From the IMG/VR virus record IMGVR_UViG_2541047923_000008: DNA of 26,612 nt. The stretch is one strand, 5' to 3'. Origin of the DNA: a virus. Taxonomy: Duplodnaviria > Heunggongvirae > Uroviricota > Caudoviricetes. Below are positions 14,349 to 21,231 of the stretch, in pieces (within the stretch, counting starts at the first letter, position 1; the number at the start of each line of letters is the position of its first letter). The notes under the pieces are model-generated. The model did not search any database, was not told the origin of the DNA, and worked only from the letters and a program-made list of their open reading frames with translations. Made by a program: the position numbers and the translations under genes.

Positions 14349-15482
14349 ATGCATTCGGAAAATATTGCGGCTTACGTCGGGCTGGATGTGCATAAAGAAA
14401 CGTTGGCGGTTGCTATTGCTGCACCTGAACGGCTTGGCGAAGTTCGTTATTATGGTACGATTAACAACGAAGCCCAGGCTGTACGTCGATTATTTCAGAA
14501 ATTGCAGGGACTTTACGGAAACATTCTTTCCTGCTATGAGGCTGGCCCCTGTGGTTTTGGGCTATATCATCAACTCACAGCGATGAATATAAAATGCCAG
14601 GTTATTGCCCCTTCCCGCATACCAAAATCACCGACAGACAGAATCAAAAATGATCATCGGGACGCAATTTCTCTCGCCAGGTTACTGCGGGCTGGAGAAC
14701 TTACCCCTGTCTGGATCCCTGACCTGACTCATGAAGCTATGCGGGATCTAATCAGAGCCCGTGCAGCAGCTAAACGAGACAGCAGAGTTGCCCGACAGCG
14801 AATTCTGAGCATGCTATTGCGAACAGACAAACATTATGCAGGAAAGCACTGGACAGGAAAACATCGAACCTGGTTAGCTAATCAATCATTTAGTCAGCCA
14901 TCTCAACAGATTGCTTTTCAACACTATTGTCAAAGTCTGGAGCAGATTGAAGATCGCATACTTCAACTCGACCAGGAAATATCTCGCCTGTTACCTGAGT
15001 GGTCTCTGTGCAATCTGGTCTGCCAGTTGCAGGCTCTTAAAGGTGTTGGTCAGCTAATTGCAATAACTCTGGTTGCTGAACTGGGTGATTTTTCGCGATT
15101 TTCCAATCCCAAACAGCTCATGGCTTTTCTGGGACTGGTGCCAGGTGAATATTCCAGTGGAAACAGTATTCGTCCCAGAGGAATAACAAAAGTTGGAAAC
15201 AGCGAACTGAGACGTCTGCTTTACGAAGCCGCCTGGTCTTATCGTACACCTGCAAAAGTTGGGGCATGGCTTATATATTACCGACCGGACTCTGTAACAC
15301 AATATTCCAAAGATATTGCATGGAAAGCTCAACAACGATTGTGTTCTCGTTACCGAAGTCTGACAGCAAAAGGGAAAAAATCACAAGTAGCCATTACGGC
15401 GGTGGCTCGTGAGTTGACTGGATTTATGTGGGATATTGCACTTGCTGCCCAATCATCATTCAGTCAGCAGAAGCAAAATTAA
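14349..15482 (+). CDS. IS110-family (DEDD) transposase/recombinase
   Basis: 377-aa ORF; N-terminal VGLDVHKETLAVAI motif typical of the IS110-family DEDD domain and C-terminal helix-hairpin-helix-like region (LKGVGQLIAITLVAELGDFSRF); strong GAGGAGG Shine-Dalgarno. Confidence 0.85.
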   Translation: MHSENIAAYVGLDVHKETLAVAIAAPERLGEVRYYGTINNEAQAVRRLFQKLQGLYGNILSCYEAGPCGFGLYHQLTAMNIKCQVIAPSRIPKSPTDRIKNDHRDAISLARLLRAGELTPVWIPDLTHEAMRDLIRARAAAKRDSRVARQRILSMLLRTDKHYAGKHWTGKHRTWLANQSFSQPSQQIAFQHYCQSLEQIEDRILQLDQEISRLLPEWSLCNLVCQLQALKGVGQLIAITLVAELGDFSRFSNPKQLMAFLGLVPGEYSSGNSIRPRGITKVGNSELRRLLYEAAWSYRTPAKVGAWLIYYRPDSVTQYSKDIAWKAQQRLCSRYRSLTAKGKKSQVAITAVARELTGFMWDIALAAQSSFSQQKQN

Positions 15483-15484
15483 AC

Positions 15485-15655
15485 CCTGAAGCAGTCAGAC
15501 ACGGAATGAGTGATCCTCGTAAAAGAATTCAGGGAAGCCAGAATGCGCTAATACCTGCACGTAGAAAGAGGCCAGCTCACTGCGTAAATCGTCATGGGGC
15601 TAAAATCCCCGAATAAGAGTTTGTAAAATCCAAGATACAGTCTGACTGTTTCAGG
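15485..15655 (+). ncRNA. Candidate structured non-coding RNA closed by a 16-bp inverted repeat immediately 3' of the transposase; possible IS1111-type guide (bridge/seek) RNA
   Basis: CCTGAAGCAGTCAGAC at 15485-15500 pairs with GTCTGACTGTTTCAGG at 15640-15655 (15 Watson-Crick pairs plus one G-U) enclosing about 139 nt. Confidence 0.35.
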
Positions 15656-15710
15656 TTCTTTAATCCGCGATATAACGAAGCTCCCGGAGCTGCGTAAGGT
15701 CTTTTTGGGC

Positions 15711-16046
15711 TTAATATTTGACAAAGGTCATAAGAATTCTTCCTGGTAGCTTTCCTTTGTAGGTTATCCACACATTCTGCGCCTCTAAAATTACGGGGCG
15801 CTTTTCCGGCGACTGCTCATCCCCTTCACATAACCCGGCAGCAACATCCAGGAAGACCTGTCTGATGCTCCTTCTGGCTGCTGCCTCATAAAACTCCAGC
15901 GCGGCACCTTCAACACGGTCCAGCGAGATGTCCAGGTCAAAAATTTCGCCGTCAAAGCGTTTTTTGTCCCGTAACGCTAAAGTTACCGTAACTTTATTCT
16001 CAAAATTGCGGATCCCTTTCACAATCAGTTCATAGTTTTGAGTCAT
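15711..16046 (-). CDS. YdfR-like small protein between holin and endolysin; the C-terminus may be altered by the adjacent insertion
   Basis: 111-aa ORF starting 4 nt after the holin stop (MTQNYELIVKGIRNFENKVTVTLALRDKKRFDGEIFDLD...); resembles, from memory, the E. coli Qin-prophage YdfR encoded between essQ and rrrQ. Confidence 0.5.
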   Translation of the reverse strand: MTQNYELIVKGIRNFENKVTVTLALRDKKRFDGEIFDLDISLDRVEGAALEFYEAAARRSIRQVFLDVAAGLCEGDEQSPEKRPVILEAQNVWITYKGKLPGRILMTFVKY

Positions 16047-16050
16047 TGAA

Positions 16051-16266
16051 TTACTCTCCCCGTGCAGCCTTACGCTTGTCTTCTCTGATTTTGAAGTACA
16101 GATTTGTCAGATAAGTCAGGAAGCCCAGAACCAGACTCCCCAGTACACCAATCGCAGCCCACTGTGACGGACTGACCTGATCAAGCCACTGTAAAAACCA
16201 GTAGCCAGCACTGCCTGCGGAGGTGCCGTAGGCAATGCCCGTTGAAATTTTGTCCATGGATTTCAT
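16051..16266 (-). CDS. Class II pinholin, phage 21 S-type, with dual-start motif MKSMDK
   Basis: 71-aa [74 protein letters not shown] matches my memory of S21; two transmembrane segments; GGAGGTG Shine-Dalgarno. Confidence 0.9.
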   Translation of the reverse strand: MKSMDKISTGIAYGTSAGSAGYWFLQWLDQVSPSQWAAIGVLGSLVLGFLTYLTNLYFKIREDKRKAARGE

Positions 16267-16324
16267 AGCCTCACCTCCGCAAATAACGGATGGCGTAGTT
16301 TTACACTGAGAAATGAAAGGGATT

Positions 16325-16350
16325 TGAAAAGAAAAACCCGCAAAAGCGGG
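16325..16350 (-). terminator. Rho-independent terminator on the minus strand (CCCGC-TTTT-GCGGG plus T-tract) between the tRNA cluster and the holin
   Basis: Plus strand reads GAAAAACCCGCAAAAGCGGG; on the minus strand the hairpin is followed by TTTTTCTTTTC. Confidence 0.55.
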
Positions 16351-16557
16351 CGAAACGATATATACAGTAAGGGAAGCACTCTATCCAACAAACCACCCAC
16401 AGTTAATCGGAATAAAAGCAGAGTGCTTATGAATGATCGCCTGCCCGAAGGTTAGTATTTCTGCACAGCAATTTTGCAAAAAAAGCGATCATTCATAACT
16501 TAAACGTCTTTCAGTCACTCCGGGATTTCCCATCATCGCAGACTGAAAGACTCTAAC

Positions 16558-16632
<75 letters not shown>

Positions 16633-16635
16633 ATA

Positions 16636-16711
<76 letters not shown>

Positions 16712-16713
16712 AC

Positions 16714-16790
16714 TGGACCGCCACCGGGGACTCGAACCTCGCACACTCAACTTAAAGGGTTGACGCTCTTTCCTGATGAGCTAGTGGCGG
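16714..16790 (-). tRNA. tRNA-like gene, possibly tRNA-Lys (UUU) or a degenerate tRNA pseudogene
   Basis: Reverse complement CCGCCACTAGCTCATCAGGAAAGAGCGTCAACCCTTTAAGTTGAGTGTGCGAGGTTCGAGTCCCCGGTGGCGGTCCA; good acceptor, D and anticodon stems, but C at position 33 and one T-stem mismatch. Confidence 0.4.
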
Positions 16791-16791
16791 C

Positions 16792-16867
16792 TGGTGGCCC
16801 TTGCTGGATTTGAACCAGCGACCTGGCGATTATGAGTCGCTCGCTCTCACCACTGAGCTAAAGGGCC
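16792..16867 (-). tRNA. tRNA with anticodon CAU (Ile2/lysidine-type or Met), ileZ-like as in lambdoid Stx phages
   Basis: Reverse complement GGCCCTTTAGCTCAGTGGTGAGAGCGAGCGACTCATAATCGCCAGGTCGCTGGTTCAAATCCAGCAAGGGCCACCA; resembles E. coli ileX-type tRNA as recalled; anticodon loop CUCAUAA. Confidence 0.7.
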
Positions 16868-16972
16868 GGGCGCAGGATAATAACGTTACGAAATCAATGT
16901 TGCAAGCATTCAAAAATCACCCTTATCTCCTCCACTAGCGCATTCACCATGTCTATCCGAGATAAGTGGCAC

Positions 16973-17003
16973 AAAAAACCCGCTTGTGGGCGGGTTTTGT
17001 TTG
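16973..17003 (-). terminator. Bidirectional intrinsic terminator; candidate tR'-like terminator of a short late-promoter transcript
   Basis: AAAAAACCCGCTTGTGGGCGGGTTTTGTTTG: 5-bp GC stem, 6-nt loop, flanked by an A-tract and a T-tract; about 45-65 nt downstream of the predicted late promoter. Confidence 0.55.
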
Positions 17004-17042
17004 CTTTTGCCATCACGTACAAAATCGGCAAAATATCAGATT

Positions 17043-17078
17043 TGCATGAAATATATGCCTTTCAATCTACTTTTGCAA
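17043..17078 (-). promoter_or_regulatory. Candidate late promoter (pR'-like): -35 TTGCAA, 17-bp spacer, -10 TATATT on the minus strand
   Basis: Minus strand reads TTGCAAaagtagattgaaaggcaTATATT; overlaps the 3' end of the Q-like gene, the position of pR' in lambdoid phages. Confidence 0.5.
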
Positions 17079-17757
17079 TACTTTGCTTTGAAAATGCCGC
17101 CTTTTGTTTTGAACGTGTTCTCATTACAAACAATAAAGCCTCACTATCAAGTCGGTGAAAAATGTGTTTCATTGCAACCCAGTGACGAGTAAATGTTTTG
17201 GACCAGTTTTTAGTTGTCACTCCCGCCAGTAATGCCAGCTCCTGGTATTCATAACCTTCCCCACCAAAAAGTTCTGCTTTTACTGCCTGCGCCGCCAGCC
17301 AGATTAATTTTTTCAGGCGTTCCTGCGTTTTCCCTGCAATTTTTCTGGTACCGGATTGAGTATTAAATTCATTCCACGCCCACTGTGTTATCGCGATCTG
17401 ATATTCCCAACAAATACTCCCGCTGTAACACCACAACAACCAGGCTTTATGATGTTCTTCAAGAGACAGAACAGCCCGCCGCCACGATGATGTCGAAAAC
17501 TCAACCGGACTGACCAGAGGAATTGACGTCCCCTTCGCCAGCGATTGCTTTCCCGGGATTGGTGGATTATCCCGCGTTATCATTTTTCCAGTCACTTCAT
17601 CGCGGTACCGGATTTTTTTTCGCCTGTAACGCCCTGTATCGAACATGGCATTCTCTTGCCAGGCTTCAAGCTGACCTTTTGTTGCCCCACTCAAATCAGC
17701 GGTGGCGATAATGAGCTGCTCACGCACAAACTGTAAATACTGGTTATTCATGCGCAC
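17062..17757 (-). CDS. Putative late-gene antiterminator (Q-like)
   Basis: 231-aa ORF immediately upstream of the candidate late promoter/terminator pair, tRNAs and holin, and downstream of rusA; assignment is by synteny, no sequence similarity to lambda Q. Confidence 0.5.
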   Translation of the reverse strand: MRMNNQYLQFVREQLIIATADLSGATKGQLEAWQENAMFDTGRYRRKKIRYRDEVTGKMITRDNPPIPGKQSLAKGTSIPLVSPVEFSTSSWRRAVLSLEEHHKAWLLWCYSGSICWEYQIAITQWAWNEFNTQSGTRKIAGKTQERLKKLIWLAAQAVKAELFGGEGYEYQELALLAGVTTKNWSKTFTRHWVAMKHIFHRLDSEALLFVMRTRSKQKAAFSKQSIAKVD

Positions 17758-18113
17758 TCCAGTTCTGTGATTTTTATCCCCAGCCGCCCACCAGGAACGA
17801 GCTGACCGCGCACAATATTGATTTCATCAAACTGCTCGTCGTCTATAAGTAGTCCGGCATGCGTCAGCGCATCCAGTGGTGCCTTCAGGATATTGTCCAG
17901 GTCGCGGCGGCGCTTATCCGGTGGCTCTGCAATAATCTTTATCGCCAGCCTTCCGGACAGGCTTAATTTCAGCCGCTGCTGGCGAACAATTAGCGCCACA
18001 TCACGGCGATAACGCTTTCCGGCTTCCGAGATGAAATACGTATTGCCATGACGTCGCCAGTAGGTATTCACCGTCGGCGGGTAAGGCAAAACAAATTCTA
18101 TGCGTTCAGTCAT
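17748..18113 (-). CDS. rusA: Holliday-junction resolvase RusA
   Basis: 121-aa ORF with the RusA acidic catalytic motif region (...PPDKRRRDLDNILKAPLDALTHAGLLIDDEQ...); similar to E. coli RusA as recalled. Confidence 0.85.
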   Translation of the reverse strand: MTERIEFVLPYPPTVNTYWRRHGNTYFISEAGKRYRRDVALIVRQQRLKLSLSGRLAIKIIAEPPDKRRRDLDNILKAPLDALTHAGLLIDDEQFDEINIVRGQLVPGGRLGIKITELECA

Positions 18114-19241
18114 TCATGCTTTCCACTTCAGGACACCCGAATTTCTCGCGTGCATTAAAAAACGAATCAGCAACAACAGCTGGCTGCCGTGTTTTTCTTC
18201 AAAATCTTTTACCCCGGCGTGCAGTTCGTTATGACATTTACGGCACAGCGGAATAACAAACAAATCATCAGCCTTTGTTCCCATCCCTCCCAGTCCATGA
18301 CCAATGATGTGATGCGGATCATCTGCCTGATTACCGCACGTCATGCATTTCTGCGTTTTTACCCAACGCGTGTATACAGGCATCTCTTCCCGTTGTGGTT
18401 TCTGGCGCTGGAGATACTGAGCCGGTGACTCCGGATCAACGGCAATGCTGACCACCGTCTTTTCCTGTGGCGGGTTTTGCTGGTGGGCATGAGGCAACGG
18501 CGCAAGATTTTTTGTGCGCTGCTTCAGTATGCTGGTGGCGGTCTGCTCTCCCAGTACGATGTCGCTTTCGCGGTACAAGGAGCGGATTTTTTCCGCACGT
18601 AACCCCAGAGAACGACGTAATACTGCCTCCGGAAGCGCGTCCGCCACCTGATTGCAGACCGCCCACCAGGATAATTCAGCCAGCGACAATTCCCGCTCCT
18701 GCGTGCCATTCATTGCATGGCGTATGACGTCAATCATCCATGCTGACAGGTTTTGATGAGCAAGTTGCCCGAGTGATTCGGATGTCTGGTCACGCAACTG
18801 GTTGTCGCAGTGCCAGCACAACACCATCGCGCCGGTACCGTAACGATGTATGACGATTTCACTGTGATGATAGTCACCATGAGGCCACTGGCAGGATTTG
18901 ACATGACGCAACAGCCAGTCAGACAGTGCCCCAGCGCCGCCAGCAGCACGAATCACCCGCTCATCGCTGAAAAATGGCAGTAATGATTTATCCTCCGCCA
19001 GCGGCTGGCGAACGGCAGGGACGACTCCGGACGGCAGACCGCGCATGCTTTTCGGTTCAGGCTCCACCAGCACTCGAGGGTTATGAAATACTTGCATGGA
19101 TTCACGGCCCGGCCTAAGGACCACCAGCCCGAGTTCCGGTACCAGAACAGGTCGAAGTAATATCCGCACGTTACCTCCAGATCCGTTGCTGGTATGTGCG
19201 GGATGGGCGCGGTGGGCGTTCGGAATAAGGGAGCCTGACAT
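18114..19241 (-). CDS. DUF968-family prophage protein (YdfU-like) with C-terminal HNH-like Cys/His motif; start codon uncertain
   Basis: C-terminal HHIIGHGLGGMGTKADDLFVIPLCRKCHNELH motif; position next to rusA and Q as in Qin-like prophages; alternative starts near 19097 or 19046. Confidence 0.65.
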   Translation of the reverse strand: MSGSLIPNAHRAHPAHTSNGSGGNVRILLRPVLVPELGLVVLRPGRESMQVFHNPRVLVEPEPKSMRGLPSGVVPAVRQPLAEDKSLLPFFSDERVIRAAGGAGALSDWLLRHVKSCQWPHGDYHHSEIVIHRYGTGAMVLCWHCDNQLRDQTSESLGQLAHQNLSAWMIDVIRHAMNGTQERELSLAELSWWAVCNQVADALPEAVLRRSLGLRAEKIRSLYRESDIVLGEQTATSILKQRTKNLAPLPHAHQQNPPQEKTVVSIAVDPESPAQYLQRQKPQREEMPVYTRWVKTQKCMTCGNQADDPHHIIGHGLGGMGTKADDLFVIPLCRKCHNELHAGVKDFEEKHGSQLLLLIRFLMHARNSGVLKWKA

Positions 19242-19449
19242 AGATTATCCAGTGACGATAATCGAGGCTGAGGGCTTTCTTAATCTCGTATCCGCGTCTG
19301 CGATAGTTATGAATTAGCCATTCGGCCTGTTCTTCAGTACATGGGTCATGCTGGAACCAGTCAGATTTGAAAGTGCGGGAACGTCGCCCGTGCCTGCTGG
19401 CAAAGACGGCAGAATCATCAGAATTGTGTAATTTGGTATCGTGCGCCAT
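19171..19449 (-). CDS. Hypothetical small prophage protein (Rem-position ORF)
   Basis: ORF 19171..19530; start placed at the internal ATG at 19449 because a terminator hairpin lies at 19519-19546. Confidence 0.4.
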   Translation of the reverse strand: MAHDTKLHNSDDSAVFASRHGRRSRTFKSDWFQHDPCTEEQAEWLIHNYRRRGYEIKKALSLDYRHWIIYVRLPYSERPPRPSRTYQQRIWR

Positions 19450-19518
19450 CGGTTGTCTCTGCTGGCGCAGCAGGTGCCAGTTGTTCAGGCTGGCGTGCGA
19501 ATTGTAAACCAGAATGCC

Positions 19519-19546
19519 AGGAAAAAACAAAACCCGCCGAAGCGGG
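19519..19546 (-). terminator. Rho-independent terminator on the minus strand (CCCGC-TTCG-GCGGG plus T-tract)
   Basis: Plus strand AAAACCCGCCGAAGCGGG; on the minus strand the hairpin is followed by TTTTGTTTTTTCC. Confidence 0.55.
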
Positions 19547-19745
19547 TATGCTAAAACAAACTGAAAGTAATATACCAGACTTGTAAAGGAACGATAGAAT
19601 AATTATTGGATTAAACCCTGACTCAATCCAGATTTCATAGGCAACAACTACGGACTAATCATCACAGTCATGTTTGATAGGCTTAGTCCACATTGGGTGA
19701 GGGTTTACGGCGTTTTCACTAATAATTTATCGTCCAAGCTATACA

Positions 19746-20138
19746 CTACTGCCCTGTTTTAACGAAGTTTTTAAAGGAAACAACTGCCTGATAGGGGTTT
19801 GGTTGACAGCCAAACATATTATCGCAAAAAGGCTTGATGAAAATTCTTGAGGATCCATCTTCATTTGGCATTTTACTCACTTGATAAGCGAGGAATGGAC
19901 TATTTGGAGAGGGATTATAAGTGGAAATTAGCGTGTCTGTCGCCGTTTGAATTTTCCATGAGGAATTATTAGCCAACCAGAATTGCGCTCGTTTCCAATA
20001 AAAGTCACATTGCTTTTCATCATTACATGTTAGTGGCTTCATTGCTTCTGCTTTCAACGCTGGATCGACCTTTGCTGCACACCCTCCCAACATTACTGTT
20101 GCAATCATTACACCTGCGACTAAAACAAGTTTCTTCAT
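19746..20138 (-). CDS. Cysteine-rich lipoprotein of unknown function (moron)
   Basis: 130-aa ORF with a signal peptide and lipobox (MKKLVLVAGVMIATVMLGGC) and four further Cys; AT-rich, flanked by terminators. Confidence 0.7.
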   Translation of the reverse strand: MKKLVLVAGVMIATVMLGGCAAKVDPALKAEAMKPLTCNDEKQCDFYWKRAQFWLANNSSWKIQTATDTLISTYNPSPNSPFLAYQVSKMPNEDGSSRIFIKPFCDNMFGCQPNPYQAVVSFKNFVKTGQ

Positions 20139-20281
20139 CTCCCTGCCCCATCAATAAAAGTTCGGTTCTCTAATAACTAGAGTTAATCAACGGAAAAAAC
20201 GCCGAAGCGGGTTAAGTGCGGGTGCGTTGAGGATGCCTGACACATCAGAGGTGGCGAGGGATTTCTCCCCCGCCAGGTCTC

Positions 20282-20437
20282 TTACTCCTCAGGTTCGTAA
20301 GCTGTGAAGACAGCGACCTCCGTCTGGCCGGTTCGGATTCGTACCTCGCAGAGGTCTTTCCTCGTTACCAGTGCCGTCACAATGACGGTTAAACAGATGA
20401 CGATCAGGGCGATTAACATCGCCTTTTGCTGCTTCAT
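20282..20437 (-). CDS. hok: Hok-family membrane toxin (type I toxin-antitoxin)
   Basis: 51-aa product MKQQKAMLIALIVICLTVIVTALVTRKDLCEVRIRTGQTEVAVFTAYEPEE matches my memory of HokD/RelF; the ORF track shows a 19-codon in-frame upstream extension. Confidence 0.85.
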   Translation of the reverse strand: MKQQKAMLIALIVICLTVIVTALVTRKDLCEVRIRTGQTEVAVFTAYEPEE

Positions 20438-20652
20438 AGCCTGCTTCTCCTTGCCTTTCGGCACGTAAGAGGCTAACCTAGATTTGCCGTTCATAGATTG
20501 AGCCTCAGATTAATGTTAAGCGTCTTGCAGGACGCGTAATGTTAACTGGGGCTTTTCTCTATCTGCCTTTGGTGTTCATGCCTGAGGCAGATAGCCTCAA
20601 GCACCCGCAGCAATTCTACTTAACTCACGTCACCTCGCCAATATAAAATCAA

Positions 20653-20943
20653 TCAGAAAGGCGATCCATAAGAACAATAGCAAGACAATAAATCGCCATT
20701 ACAGCCGTAATAGCCAGCGCACATTTGAGAACCAGCACCACAACCTCCTGTATTGGACGTACACCAGTCCTGATAAATATGAGGATGTCTCGTCAGTGAT
20801 TCAATACAACTATTGGGTATAGTTTCTGTGATTTTGTTCTGTAGAAATGGAACATAATAACCTGTCACCACCAGCACTTCTTTAAATACGCCAAGTCCGA
20901 CGCAAGCTAACCTTCTAGCCCGCTTTGAGCGAGAAGCAGACAT
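20653..20943 (-). CDS. Hypothetical Cys/Gly-rich small protein; coding status doubtful
   Basis: 96-aa ORF with a basic, hydrophobic N-terminus and a Cys/Gly/Tyr-rich C-terminus (CTSNTGGCGAGSQMCAGYYGCNGDLLSCYCSYGSPF); no Shine-Dalgarno. Confidence 0.25.
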   Translation of the reverse strand: MSASRSKRARRLACVGLGVFKEVLVVTGYYVPFLQNKITETIPNSCIESLTRHPHIYQDWCTSNTGGCGAGSQMCAGYYGCNGDLLSCYCSYGSPF

Positions 20944-21231
20944 TTACTTAACTGGATAGCAAGAGACTTCATATATCATGGTTGATCCCGGAGTTTTCAA
21001 TAATGGAAAGACATTGCCCGTATGATCGGGCCGTAACCACATTAGAAGCAGGTGCCCTTTGTGAATTTTGATTGTGTCAACCTATCTGTTTTGAATTTTT
21101 TATAAAAAATATTCGCAAATTTGTGAATTATGAGAGACAAACGAGCATGGACAACCAATGTTACTTTCATACACAATGAAGCAACATGATAAAAGTACAC
21201 TGACTTTAGCAAGTAAATTTAGGAGATTGCG

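Larger units (their letters stand above)
14250..15710 (+). mobile_element. IS110/IS1111-family insertion sequence (boundaries approximate; the insert could extend from about 13836 to about 15870)
   Basis: Single DEDD-type transposase ORF flanked by non-coding DNA, inserted between the holin/YdfR-like genes and the endolysin; this family lacks terminal inverted repeats so ends cannot be fixed by eye. Confidence 0.45.

Noticed and set aside
14048-14350. 100-aa minus-strand ORF overlapping the transposase start and the 13840..14100 gene
   Set aside because: Its start would overlap the transposase ATG and its ribosome-binding region would fall inside the transposase coding sequence; it spans the plus-strand terminator; the plus-strand genes have far better translation signals
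20185-20210. Intrinsic terminator downstream of hok
   Set aside because: Only a 3-bp stem with a tetraloop and a U-tract on the minus strand; too weak to call confidently, though a structured hok mRNA 3' end is expected
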